Assembly: GCF_020745735.1 (NCBI RefSeq)
Contig: NC_083413.1
Coordinates: 98,676,409-98,740,408 of the forward strand
Direction of reading: 5' to 3'
Length of the DNA stretch: 64,000 bases
DNA from: Hemiscyllium ocellatum
Lineage: Eukaryota
This document shows, piece by piece, positions 24,131-37,250 of this stretch; positions within the stretch are counted from its first letter, which is position 1; each line of letters opens with the position of its first letter. The notes under the pieces are model-generated. The model was not told the origin of the DNA, ran no database searches, and saw nothing but the letters and a program-made list of their open reading frames with translations. Both the position numbers and the translations under genes were made by a program.

Positions 24131-24372
24131 CTCTCCTCTTAAAACCATGGGAGTACTTGCTGCAAACGCAGAAAATTCATTTTACATCGATGTGTTCAGG
24201 CGTATGCAGAGTTCACAAATTTGCAGAAGACATGAACTAGAGGATAACAGAGCACATTGTTTATTCAAACACTGAAAATAGAGTAATATTTTTTTAATTA
24301 ATATACTTGATCGATTTATTGCAATGTAGCGATCTGAAGGAATCTGCTCACATTAGTTCAGTGTGACAATCA

Positions 24373-24662
24373 TTTAGATTAGATTTCCTGCAGTATGTAT
24401 CAGGCCATTTGGCCCAACAAGTCCACACTGACCCTCTGAAGAGTAACCCACCCAGACCCATTCCCCTACCCTATATTTACCCCTGACTAATGCACCTAAC
24501 ACTATAGACAATATAGCATGACTAGTTCACCTGACTTGCACATCTTTGGATTTTGGGAGGAAATCCACACAGACACAGGGGAGATTGTGTAAACTCCACA
24601 TAGGCAGTCACCCGAGGCTGGAACCGAGCCTGGGTACCTGGATCTGTGAGGCAGCAGTGCCC
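24373..24662 (-). mobile_element. tRNA-derived SINE (HE1-like)
   Basis: Antisense copy with tail ttagattagat at ~24374 and head gaggcagcagtgc at ~24650. Confidence 0.85.
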
Positions 24663-27377
24663 ACATTTACTTAGACATCCGTTAAAGTGGGCAACTCCAG
24701 ACAGAAGCATGTTTTCAATTCATACCTTTTTCAACATTTTAGTTCATTACAAGCAGTTAACAAGAAAATAACCTTGCCCTAATTCCTTCAACAGAAATGC
24801 TTTCCACACTGGAATGCAGTATTGTTTATGCAGTGCATGCAAAATCTCCACAATTCGAGGAACGTTTTAAGAATATGTAAAAATAATTTAGAGAATAATC
24901 CATTTCCTCCAGATCTGTGCTTTAATTGGCGATATTTCCCACCTCAATAATTTTGTTAAATACAATGACTTATTAAGTTTATGAACTCAGTGGTTATTTA
25001 TGTTCATTGTGAACACATTCTCGTTCACATTAATCCACTGGTTAGTTCCTCTGATGAATATTCAATTACAGTGAATATATTTGACGTGAGGAGTTGAGCA
25101 ATGTATCCTCTGGGATTAAGTCTGTTGTACAGTTTGTTTCAGTGCTATCTCTGACTAACTTGTCCACGGTCCTGACCATTTATAAATTGTCCAGTTCGGA
25201 TACCTGAATCTCAGACAGTTCAATTTTATCTCGCGCTTCAAAACCACTTTTATCTGCCAGAAATACAATATTTGATTAGGTGCCTCAGAATTGAGAGCCC
25301 TGACTAAGTTGTTCCAATCAGAACGAACGTTTCAGGAACAAAAGGCAGATAGCAAGAGATTTGAAATTGGTTGTTGACAACAAGAGATATTTGATTGAGC
25401 GAGGCAGAGGGAAATATGCTGCAGATTTTCTTTGTGCCTCAGTTATGCAGGAGATGTTTCGTGGCACTATGTAAAATCAGAATTTTTTTTTGCATCTTAT
25501 TATTTGAAAACTTATTATCAGCTTTTAATGTTACTGGCAATGGTCTTATTACACTTCAAAACATTTTAATCTTTTTCGAACTAAGTAGACCGTCTGGTGC
25601 AGCAACATTCACAGGGGAAAGAGGAAGGGAGTTCGAGGTTGGAATCTAGTGACAGTGAATTGATGGCAATGCAATTCCTAGTTTTATTGCTCTGTAGTTC
25701 CCATCGAGTTTGAACAATTTGGAGCAGCTGTCAAAGTATTCTTGGATAAATGTTGAAATGTTACTTCCATTGTACAAACATTCTGGAACAATCCCTGGTT
25801 GTTGGAAGGTGTTAATAACTAACATGGTTTATAAACTGTCAAAACAGGTGAGCTGTGTTCTCCGTGATAGTGTCGAGCTCATTGTGTTCAGGTCTGTTGT
25901 GATGTTGTGGTAGGGTCCCTGATTCTGTGTCAGGTGGCCTGTGTTCACTTACAACCTGCTAGAGAGGTATGTAACACCATCTCTTATCAGGTTACTTCAG
26001 TACAAGAAAGCAGATTGAGATGTTTGGGTGTTTGTTGGAATTCCACTCACAGAGGCCAGTGAAATCTATTCAATCGCTGTCCTGACTTGTGTCTCTTAGA
26101 CATTAAACAGAATTTTGGTGGTTAGCAGCTTTTTCCAGATCAATATTTGTTCACAAGCTTTTGTGCATCGCTAGATGGGGTTAATGGAGTAAGTGCTCAA
26201 AGAAATCCCAGCTTTTGACTTGCTGTTCTAACAATATCATTTATAACTAATCCCGAATGAATCATTTTCAAAGTATATTTGATGAGATTTTGCTTAGGCT
26301 GTTTTACTTTATATTAAACCAGTGCTGTAGCTGAATTTGATTGTTCAGTACTGTGGGGGTTTCCGCTGAATCCAACACTTGCAGCAGATGGTGATAGCTT
26401 TTCAGTTGGTCTTCCATTGCTATCTCAGACCGTCCAGTACCTCTGCTAAGAATCCTTTTTCCAACAGGAGTCAAGCCAACGTAATCACTGTTTATCTCAA
26501 CGGGTGTGAGCTCTTGTGCCAAAAACATGAAAACAATTTGGTGAAGAGGGGGTCTCTGGATGGGAAAGGTTCACCTTGCCTTCTCTCCACAGGAGCTGCT
26601 AGACCTGCTGAGTTTCTTCAGAAGTTTCTGTCTTTATTTTGGTTTTCTAGCATTTAAAGTTTGTTGTTTCATTGAAAAACGTTCTGTTCGATTAAACACG
26701 TTCTTCAGAGAAAGGAACATTTGAACAAATTGCAAATGTTCAGAGATATTATTGAATTTGAGTGCCCTGATCTCGAGCTGTAGTTTCACAAGAAACTATT
26801 ATGAAGTAACAACACACTGCAGAGTGCAGTGGCTGCTGTAATTGGGTGGAAGTTATTTTGATCACTCAAATAGAGAATGTCAGTGATCCCGTTCCAAATA
26901 ATCAACAGAAGTTTTTTTTAAAGCATGTGTGAAACAATTAATTTATCGAAATATTTTAATAAAAAGTATTCACGGCCAGTGCTAGCTTAATGAATGACAC
27001 AATGATAGGAAGGTAGGAACAAGAGGAGGGCACTCAGCCCCTCTAGTTGTTCCCCCACTTACTTAGATCATGGTGCATCTGTGAGCTCAATCCACAGGTC
27101 TCCCTTTGGCTAAAGCTCTTTAACACCTTTGTCTAACAAGCAAAAGCTATCCCAGATTTACTGATTTGACTGCCCATAACAAAGGGAGACACCATTTCTG
27201 AAAGACATTCCTGTGAGTACTGTGACACAATGAGGCTGGGATTAATTGCTCATGAAAGTAAACTTTAAATATCTGACAATTTCCAATTGAAACATCCCAA
27301 TCATCATATTTCATTAATTTAACACTATACTTCCCTGGAATCAAGAAATATAATGTGTGATTGCCTTGCTAAAAATG

Positions 27378-27580
27378 AGGAGAAAGTGAGGACTGCAGAT
27401 GCTGGAGATCAGAGCTGAAAATGTGTTGCTGGAAAAGCACAGCAGGTCAGGCAGCATCAAGGAGCAGGAGAATCGACGTTTCGGGCATGAGCCCTTCTTC
27501 AGGAAGGGCTCCTTGGATGCTGCCTGCTCCTTGGATGCTGCCTGACCTGCTGCGCTTTTCCAGCAATACATTTTCAGCAG
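27378..27580. mobile_element. Hairpin retro-insertion, family 1, with TSD
   Basis: Inverted arms; ttgctaaaaatg duplicated at 27366-27377 and 27581-27592. Confidence 0.9.
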
Positions 27581-27679
27581 TTGCTAAAAATGAGGGAAGC
27601 TTCATTCCTATTATATGATTAAGAAATAGCTCTGTTCATTCAGTGAAAACACAGTCAAATCACTCAAAAGGAAACCATG

Positions 27680-27883
27680 ATTTGGAGATGCTGGTGTTGG
27701 ACTGGGGTGTACAAAGTTAAAAATCACACAACCCCAGGTTATAGTCCAACAGGTTTAATTGGAAGCACACTAGCTTTTGGAGTGACGCTCCTTTATCAGG
27801 TGATAGTGGAGCGTCACTCCGAAAGCTAGTTTTCTTCCAATTAAACCTGTTGGACTATAACTTGGTGTTGTGTGATTTTTAAA
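27680..27883. mobile_element. Hairpin retro-insertion, family 2, with TSD
   Basis: Inverted arms aaaatcacacaac..ggagtgacgctcc / ggagcgtcactcc..gttgtgtgatttt; flanked by aaaaggaaaccatg (27666-27679) and aaaaggaaatcatg (27884-27897). Confidence 0.9.
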
Positions 27884-28524
27884 AAAAGGAAATCATGTCA
27901 TCTTGTGAAGACACACAAGTGCCTCAAATAATTTTCAATTCTTCTAGTGGTTGTTTGAATCTCGAGACAGGTGTGGAAGTGTCAGACTTTTTATATCGCC
28001 TTGAGAAACAAGTTGTCATCAGTCTATTTGAATTGCTGAAGTTTGTGTGGTATTAGCACATTCACAGCGCTGTTAGGAAGTGAGTCCCATGGCTGTGATT
28101 GAGGAAGAGGAAACGGGCAGGGAAATAGTTGAGAGTTAAGTTGAAGTCTGATTTGGAGGAAAGCTTCACATGCATGTGTGCCCTTATCCTCAAGGATCAC
28201 AATTTTGGAATATGCTGCCGAAGGGACATGTCAGCATGCAAAATGGAAGCTGAAGAAGGCATCTCGGCCTCTCTAGAAGGCTATTCCATTCATGGGATCA
28301 TCATTAATCTTGCTGCTCATCAATCTTCCCAACACACTGATAACATTGGACCTGATTGTTTACTGTTCAACACAAGAATGGTGAATTCGTTTGGAATTCT
28401 CCACCACAGAAATTCATAGATTCAAGACTCATAGATTCTTGAAAGCGTTGTCTCAAGTACCTAGTGTGTTGAAGGTGTTTGGCGCACGTACCTTCATTGG
28501 TCAGAGCACTGAGTGCAGGAGTTA

Positions 28525-28755
28525 GGGCTTCATGTTGTAATTGTCCAAAACATTGGAATGAACTGCCAGAGGAAGTGGTAAATGCAGAGATCGGTCCCAC
28601 ATTGAGAAGCCATTTGAACAGCTACAGGAACTGGATCGGTCTGGATGGATATGGACCAAAGGCAGGCAAGTGGAATGAGTTTAATTTGGGAACTCTGGTC
28701 AGCATGGATGGGCTGGACCAAGGGAACTGTTTCTGTGCTGTACGACTTTATGTCT
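28525..28755 (+). mobile_element. CR1-type LINE 3' tail
   Basis: WNELPEEVV-like translation and CR1 tail ending ctgtttctgtgctgtacgac. Confidence 0.7.
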
Positions 28756-29387
28756 CACTGACTTTATGGTGGATAGGCTCAAAGTTGGAAGGTGGTGAGC
28801 AAGTGAGGGGCTAGATTGGGCATGTGGGAGAGTTTGGGCTGGTAGGCTGGTAGGCTGGCTGCTGGGTAAGCTTGCGTGCACTCTGTCTGGCAAGGTGGCA
28901 TCAAGGTAAATGGTAATGGTCACAGGATAATTTGGTCGAATTGTGCTTGGTAGGTGAGGGGTAGTTTGAGCTGAAATGCAGGAGGTCTGTCTTTGCCAGG
29001 CTGGTTTATGGAGAGGTGGGCAGGATGCCAGGCTGGTTAGTGTAGAGGTGGGCAGGGTGCCAGGATGTTTCAGGGGGTGGAAGGTCACTGTAATGAAGTG
29101 ACAGGTGGACGTGTTGTCAAAATGCAAAGCTCAGAGTCTGGCAAAATGGTAGGTTGTAAAGCACAGATGCCAAAGGAGCTAGGATGCAATGTGCACAGGT
29201 TGTCTTGGGTAAGATGAGAGGTCAGTGATCAAGGGCTGAGGTCATGTCTTGGGTAGTGGGCTTTTGTCAGAGGTTGTGGAAATGATGGTGTCAGGTCCAG
29301 TCAGGGCCAGGTTCACCATGGACCAGGTACAGGGCGGCAGGAGTGTAAATGACTGAAAGGAATTGAGATCATATGTCCATCTGGAAT

Positions 29388-30050
29388 ATAGAATATAGAA
29401 CATTACTGTGCAGTACAGGCCCTTCAGCCCTCGATGGTTCCACAGGTCAGTGTAAAAATCTGAAGCCTATCTATCCTACACTATTCCATTTTCATCCATA
29501 TGTTTATCCAATGACCTTTTAAATGCCCTTAAAGTGGGCGAGTGTACTATTGTTGCAGGCAGTGCGTTCCATGCCCCTACCACTCTCTGAGTTAAGAAAC
29601 AACCTCTGACATCTGTCATCTATGTCCTCTCCTGCTAGCCATCACTATTCAAGGAAAAAGACTTTCACTGTCCACCCTCTGTTTATCTTTTATGTCTCAA
29701 TTAAGTCAACCTTCTTCTCTCAAACAAAAACAGCCTCAAGACCCTCATCCTTTCCTCATTAAACCTTCCCGCCATACCAAACAACATCCTGGTAAACCTC
29801 CTCTGAACTCTTCCAAAGCTTCCACATTCTCTCTATAATGTGGCGACCAGAACAGTACACAATACTCCAAGTGCAGCTACACCAGAGTTTTGTACAGCTG
29901 CAACCTAACCTCGTGGTTCTGAAACTCAGTCCCTCTATCGATGAAAGCCAGCACAAAGTATGCCTTCTTAACAACTCTATCAAACTGGCTGGCAACTTTT
30001 AGGGATCTGTGTACATGGGCACCGAGATCTCTCTGCTCAGCTACACTGTC
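29388..30050 (-). mobile_element. CR1-type LINE 3' end
   Basis: Antisense CR1 C-terminus with tail repeat atagaatatagaac at ~29388. Confidence 0.75.
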
Positions 30051-30444
30051 AATATGGATTGCCTTGGATGTGTTTTGTGTGATAGGGGGTTGTGTGTTCC
30101 GGGCATGAATGGGTGTATAGCAGGGTGGGGTTTGTCAATGTGAGTGGAAATTTAGGTCTAGGCAGAGTAAGTGCAGTGGTTAGTCTGAGAGATGAGGTTT
30201 GGTGGTGAACTGCGTATCAGTTTGATAGTTATTAAAGTTAAAGATTACTTGTTCATTTCTCAAATCATATTTACATAAATACTCAGCTGTAACACTCCAA
30301 AGTCTCTGAACTTAATGGTCCTCCATTTTTCAGAGGCCTCCAGAATTCAGATCATTGTAAATTAGATGTTTCAACTTCCAGCCAATTGGCCTGAGTTCAG
30401 CCGTGACAGCCATCCTCCCCGTCCCAGTGCTCAGCTCCTGCCTG

Positions 30445-30479
<35 letters not shown>
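30445..30479 (+). repeat. (TGC)11 microsatellite
   Basis: Direct count; the mirror copy at 48143-48168 has 8 CAG units. Confidence 0.95.
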
Positions 30480-30480
<1 letters not shown>

Positions 30481-30524
30481 GACCTTCCTCCCAGAGAGAA
30501 CATTCTGTCTTACATTGATAAGTG

Positions 30525-30842
30525 AGGAAGGCTCACTGGACCTGATTTCCAAGTATGGGGACGGCAAACACGAGGGGACACAACTTTAAAGTGAGGGGAG
30601 ATAGGTATAAGACAGATAGCAGAGGTAGTTTCTTTACTCATTGAGTAGTAAGGGTATGGAGTGCTTTGCCTGCAATGGTAGTAGATTCGCCAAGTTTAAG
30701 TACATTTAAGTTGTCATTGGACAGGCCTATGCATGTACATGGAATAGTGTAGGTGGGATGGGCTTCATATTAGTATGTCAGGGCAGCGCAACATCGAGGG
30801 CCGAAGGGCCTGCACTGCACTGTGATGTTCTATGTTCTATGA
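30525..30842 (+). mobile_element. CR1-type LINE 3' end
   Basis: CR1 C-terminal sequence ending gttctatgttctatg. Confidence 0.75.
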
Positions 30843-30908
30843 TTCACTCTGATTTCTCTCCGGGGGTACTGCCAGCTGTTGGGTATTTCCAGCAGCACGG
30901 TACCTAGT

Positions 30909-31222
30909 GGGGCGGCACGCTGGTTCCATGGTTAGCGCTGCTGCCTCACAGTGCTAGGGACTCTGGCTCCATTCCAGCCTCGGGTAACTGTCTGTGTGGA
31001 GTTGGCACTTTCTCCCCATATCTGTGTGCATTTCCTCCCACAGTCCAAATCTGTACAAGCTGGGGAAATTGCAAATGTTGTGTTCAGTGATTGGGAGGTT
31101 AGATGCATTAGTCAGGGTTAACCGTAGCATAATAGGGTAGAGGAATGGGTCTGGATGCGTTTCTTTTCAGAGGGTGGGTGTGGACTTGTTGGGCCAAATG
31201 GCCTGTTTGCACACACTGTAGA
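30909..31222 (+). mobile_element. tRNA-derived SINE (HE1-like)
   Basis: ggggcggcacg..ggttagcgctgctgcctcacag head and conserved body. Confidence 0.85.
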
Positions 31223-31571
31223 ATTTCGATGAATCTGCATTTCCTTGGTTTGTATTTTGTGAAACTTCTCTGCTCTTCACAGCAATCCAATGAAAGTGTC
31301 AATTGGTGAGATCTTCAAACAGTTACTGGGGTGGGATCAGGATGTTCTTCTTCCTAAATTATATGGCAATGGTCAAGGTCGAGGGCATGTTTCTCAAGAG
31401 GGAACCAATGATCATGATCAGCAACTGGTAGGAAACAAAAATAAACTCCAGTTATGCTGTAGACTTCAGCGGGAGCATACTGGCAAACGGTTACAGCTGA
31501 GGATACATTTGAGTAACTGATAAGGTCAAATTAACAGAAACTAACATGCTCAATTGGTCATTCTATTGTAG

Positions 31572-31880
31572 AGACACCATCTCCCCCCACGCTTTATGGC
31601 CTGGTCTCCTCCTGTGAGGAGCACAGCACCGGTTCGACAATCTTTGGTTGTTTGGTGATGGACTATTCCCCAGAAGTCACCAAGGTAACCTGGAAGAAAG
31701 GTGGGGTGCTAATCACGAATGGTGGATTGAAGACTTACCCATCAGTGAGAAACAAGAAGGGAACCTACACCCTGAGCAGCCAGTTAACCCTGCCCGGGTC
31801 AGCGGTAGATTGCCCCAGCAAAATCTACTGTGAGGTTCAACACAGCGGGTCACACAAGAGCAAAGAAATGCCATGTCCAG
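31572..31880 (+). CDS. IGHM: IgM Cmu1 exon (+ copy)
   Basis: AG/GT bounded, 309 nt, phase 1-1, open: [46 protein letters not shown]. Confidence 0.97.
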
Positions 31881-31984
31881 GTACGTATTGTGGGAACTGA
31901 GATAAACAGAGCATCTGGCATTAATATGAATAAGGCATTATTTATAACCATTTTCACAGAATCCCCTTATACAGCACAGGAAAA

Positions 31985-33050
31985 AGGCCCTTTGATCCAT
32001 CCAGTTTACGCCTATCAATAACAGCCACCTAACTATTCCAGTCTCATGTGCCAGCACATGATCCATTGCCTTGTGTGACTTGCCCTTGCAAGGATGCATC
32101 TCAATACTTCATACTTATTATGAGGGGCTCAGTCTCTACATGACTTATAGGTGCTGAGCTCCAGGCTAACACCACCCTCTGTTTGATTTTGTTTTCCCCT
32201 GAGATCCACTTGGAACCTCCTGGCCTTACCTTCACCCTGCGCCCCTGAGGCATTGATCTCTCCATCAAGGGGAAAGGTTTCATCCAGTTTACCCAGTCTC
32301 TGCCTAAAATAATTCTAGACATCATGATAATCTTCTCCCTAATTCTCCTCTGCTTCAAGGAAAACCCCTGTCTATCTCATCTAGTTTCATAACAAAAACC
32401 CTCCAACCCAGGCAAGATCCTGGCAAATCTAATCAATACTGCCTTCAGTGTAATCACATTCCTTCGATAACATGCACACAACGCTTCGGTATGGCCTAAC
32501 CAGTGTTCTATCAAGTTCCAGTATCATCTCCCGATTCTTCATTGTCAATGTCTAGGCTAATAAAAGCAAATATCCTCCCACCTCCTTAGTCTCTTTATCC
32601 AGACGACACAGTACTATAGGGGATCGGTGGGTACATGCACCAAAGATCCTCAGGCCTTTCCAGGGTTCCACCATTCAAAATGTCATACCTCACAGATTCT
32701 TCTGCCGAATTACATTACCTTACATTTATCCAGAATAATTTCCATTTGCAACTTCTCTTCACATACAACCAACCCTTTTATATCCTCCTGCAATCTAAAG
32801 CCATAATGCTCATGACTTACCAACATGACAGTTTTCATTTCATCTGTGAATTCACTGGTTAATCCTCCTAAATTTGAGTCTCAATCATTGGTATGTAAGA
32901 GAAATAACGTGGAAATCAACCCCAATCCCTACAGAACACCAGGAGACATAGATTCCCAGTCACCCAGACACCCGATGACTATTATCCCCTGCTCCCATCA
33001 CTCAGCCAGTTCTCGATCCAATCTGTCAAATTAACTCGGATCCCATTGGC
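31985..33050 (-). mobile_element. Decayed CR1-type LINE 3' portion in the Cmu1-Cmu2 intron
   Basis: Antisense CR1 C-terminal motifs (ORF 32101..32358: MKPFPLMERS..G.R.KVR). Confidence 0.65.
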
Positions 33051-33589
33051 TCTGATTATTGCTATCATCTGGACATCGAGTTATCTCTCTGAAAACTACT
33101 ATCAAATTGTTACACATGACTTTCTCTCAATAAAACTATGCTGAAAATTGTTGATTTATCTTCCAAATGAAGACTAATTTCACTTTTCAATAGTTTCCCT
33201 ACCACTGAGACTAGCTTGACAGATCTGTGTTTTCATTATTTATCCCTTCCTTTGTCCTGCGTAATAGTGCAACGTTGGCTGATCTACACTCACTTGGCAC
33301 AACTGCTGTGGCCAGACAGTAATTCTAAATTATTGTTAGCGACCCAACTATTTCATCCTTGCATCGCTCAACCGCTTGATATACTTTTCATCTGCCCTGG
33401 AAATATAACCACTTTTCATTTAGCAAGACAACACAGAACATCACGTCATGTGCCCTAATTTCTGAAAGTACATCACAACACTCCTCCATGATTTCTGTCC
33501 CCACATTGTCCCTCTTACTAGTGAACACTGACACAACACATTCGTTTTGACCACAACCTAATCCTCCGGCTCCACTCCAATAATAACAC

Positions 33590-34860
33590 TTAATGGGCAT
33601 TACTGTTTCCCGAATAATTCTTTTATTATGAATGAGCCTGTAACTTTTAAAAATATTTTCCTTTATTTTGACTCCTATTATTTTCTCATGGTCCCTTTTG
33701 CTCTTCTAATTCCTTTCTCTTTCAAACTCCCCCTTGCGCGTTCTGTACTCCAGACTAATTTCTATTGTTTTGAGATTTCAGTATAGACAGGAAGCCTCCC
33801 TTGTTTCTCCTTATCTCACCCTCCATGCCCTTTGGTGTCCAGAGCACGTTACATTCTTGGTCCCATTCAGTGGCTTCCTGGGAAATATCCTCCTTATGAT
33901 TTTCCTGTCTCTTTCTTAAATGTTTCACACTGCTCTGACTCAGATTTACCAATAAGTGTCAGCTTCCAGTCCGCTCTGGTTAAGTCATTACCTGATCTTA
34001 CTAAAATTGTCCTTCCCCTTTTCAGAACTTTGGGCCAATGTCTATTCCTTTGCAGTACAATCTGAAATCCAACTGATTTACGATCACTGTCTGCAAAGTG
34101 CACCACCATTGATGTTTTACCCAATGGGTCGACTTCATTCCCAAAAGTTAAATTCAGGTTCACCCCTCTCTTGCAAGGTCTGGATTAAAATTCTCTGTAT
34201 TAACACATACTTTGTTTAAATATTCTCCTGGGGGCATTTTCAGAATTGTGCTCCCTCTAAACGTTAGACAAAATGAATATCCAAGCCTATGCTGAGGAAG
34301 TTAAAAACCTCTTTTCTCATTCCCCTATTTAATTTACATATCTCTGAAATTTATCCATGTATTTGCACTTGGTCTTTTGGATCTATAGTAAGGCCTATCG
34401 TGCTCTCCCAGTAGTTATGTTTGCTGTATTTTGGTTTTGAAGTACTGTCCATTTGCCTTTGTTCGAGGAGGTATCTATGATTTCATTTCTCTTTACAGCC
34501 TAAAATACTCTTGTCAGAATTGTGACAGAAGCAACATTCCGTGCCGCAAACCCCTGCCCCATCCTTTTCCATCTTTCCCTGTCTCGCCTGAAGGCATTAA
34601 ATCCTGGAAAATTGAATAGCCACTCCTGCCCCGCTCTCAATATGTCTCCGTGATAGCAACAGCATCATTTCCTCATTTATGCCGGTAATTCATCTGCCTT
34701 GATCATCAGACTCTGTCATTAAAACGAATACCATCCAACGTTGCTATCTCCCTTCTGATGTTACCGGCCTATAGTTTCTATGCCTCCTTGACTCCCTTGC
34801 TGTGTCCTATAATTTAGCCTTTCACATTGTCCTGATGATCTTTCTGTGTGGATCCCAGCT
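33590..34860 (-). mobile_element. Decayed CR1-type endonuclease region in the Cmu1-Cmu2 intron
   Basis: Antisense fragments such as NLTFGNEV..HFADSDRKSV (33894..34163) resemble LDL..GNE..HF..SDH..V. Confidence 0.6.
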
Positions 34861-34983
34861 TCTCCAGCACTCTGCACAATTATGATTCTTGTATCCATTA
34901 ATCACAAGAAACCTTGATATATGAGAACTGATTGTATTTGTTATGAAATTCATCAGATAATTTATGCGATGTGTTTCCTAAAG

Positions 34984-35295
34984 GTACAGGTCCTCTCCCA
35001 CCAACTCTTCTCCTAACTGTGAGCTCCAGTGAAGAAATCGCAAGCAGCAAGTTTGCAACTGTCGTTTGTTCAGTCATCGATTTCCATCCGAAGGCAATCA
35101 ACGTGAGTTGGTTGAAAAATGGCCGACGCTTGGATTCTGGCTTCTTCACGTCTCCCGTGTGTGAGGCGAACGGGAACTTCTCGGTGACGAGTCGGCTGAT
35201 GGTCCCTTATGGTGAATGGTACAACAGCGCAGTCTATACCTGCCAGGTCACTCACGAAGAGAACATTCAAAGTAAAAACATCACCGCACTCCAGG
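34984..35295 (+). CDS. IGHM: IgM Cmu2 exon (+ copy)
   Basis: AG/GT bounded, 312 nt, open: [42 protein letters not shown]. Confidence 0.97.
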
Positions 35296-35519
35296 GTAAG
35301 AGACACACACTGAGAGAGCTACAAATCACTCTGAACTCTGATGTGAATCAAACACACTAATTTATCAGGCGTAGTAAACAGCACGGTACAGCTTCTCATT
35401 TCCCAGCATGTCACGTATCTCATTTCAGTTTGAATGTTACATTAGCATTGCTCATAATTCAACATTTTGGCAAGTCAGAAAAGCATGTTTCCTCTCTGTT
35501 GAAGATAGATATATAGACA

Positions 35520-36000
35520 GTGAGCTTTGTTAAATAGTTTGTTAAATAGTTTGTTGCCTGACCATGCTGGGAGAGGCATTCAGAGTGCTGAATCCTTGCC
35601 TGGTAGTGGCTTCAAGGATAAGTTTGGGGGTGGAGGGGGGATATTGGAGAGATATCTAATTGAAACATAGAAAATACTGAGAGACTGAGGTCGAGTGAAT
35701 GTAAATAGATGTTTTGACTGGTAGGCGAGACTAGGACCCAAGGGCACAGTCTCAGGATCAAAGGGGCACCGTTTAGAACTGAGATGGGGAGGAATTTCTT
35801 CAGCCAGAGGGTGATGAATCTGTGGAACTTGTTGCTGCAGAGGGCTGTGGAGACCAGGCCATTGTGTATATTCAAGCCAGAGATGGATCGGTTCTTGTTT
35901 AGTGTGGGGAGAAGACCATAGAATGGCTTTAGCCCAAATCTCGATTTTCCTGCTCGTCGGATGCTGCCTAACCTGCTGTGCTTTTCCAGCATCATTCTGA
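35520..36000 (+). mobile_element. CR1-type 3' fragment plus partial family-1 short repeat
   Basis: LRIRGAPFRTEM.RNFFSQR-like CR1 tail at 35750-35820; ggatgctgcctaacctgctgtgcttttccagca at ~35960. Confidence 0.65.
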
Positions 36001-37250
36001 TCTAAACTCTGGATTGGCTGAACAGCCTTATTCTGGTCTCAAAATGACGTGGTTAAAATATGCAGTGACCCTAACTTGAAAATAAATCAAAATGCGTTCA
36101 ATGCTTCACTCCCTGATCAGGAATGACCTGTTGGCCTTGGACAGTGTACGACATTGATTTTTATCTGGTGCTGAGCTCTTTAACTTCATTTATGGGATCA
36201 GACCACAGACCAAGTGGGTATCACATTTGATGAACTGGGATAAACGTGATCTCACTGAGCCTCTTTAAGATGCTCTCTGTAAGTAGTGGATGAGGCAGGA
36301 GAATAAATTCTGGTAAGAATGCTACAATAGGGATGAGTGAACGAGGAACTGAGACAGGCTGATTTAGCCGGGTTTGGGGTGGCGATGTTTACACAGTGGG
36401 TAGTGGATGTCTATAAAATTAGTGTACATTTCCATCACGTTTGTAGATTAATTTAAGACGCTTTTGTTTGTTTTTTTTCTCCCCTGCTCTATGAAGAAAT
36501 TAAAAAATGCAGCTTGGTAAATAAAGTGAAAGTACAGACCAGTCATGAACTAACTGAATGGAGGGAAAGACTTAAGGAGATGGGTGTCCTTCTCGATATC
36601 CAATGCTGTACTCAGTGCCTTGTTTTCAGATCTACTCCAAACTCAGCCCACGAGGAACAATGACATAAATCAGAGAATGACATCACACCAATAACGCAAA
36701 GTATTTTTGATCACGTTAAATATAATGAACAGAATTTCCATGGATATTCACTGCTCCTGTAGCACTTTAGAACTCTGCAAAGAGAATAATTATTATTTCT
36801 TATAATTTGTCCAAAATTTGGGATGTGATTTGGCAGTCAGCGTGACCAGCGCACTTGCACCTAAGGGTTATGAACATGGAAATGAACTCATATATTCAGA
36901 TTACTCTTGTCACAAGTATCAATAGATGGTCTTAAGTGAGAGACAAACTCTGAAAGAAAGGTAATTCCATGGGTTACATCATGGTATCTTCGATGATTTT
37001 ACTTTTTTCACAGCTTTCACTTGTTACAAAGCCAGTGTTCTTTTGGAATAATTACACAGGGTATGTCATAGGTAATCACAAATGCTTTCACAAATCAAAA
37101 TACATCAACAATAGTAAGCATTGTTTCAGCAATGGTTGGAGTTGCCATTTTGAAGATGGTGTCTTCACCCTGTGAAGAAGTAATCTGAAGATTGGGTGTT
37201 TGTATCATAAAGGGGCATTTTTCATTGACTTTGATTTTTTTGTTTCATAG

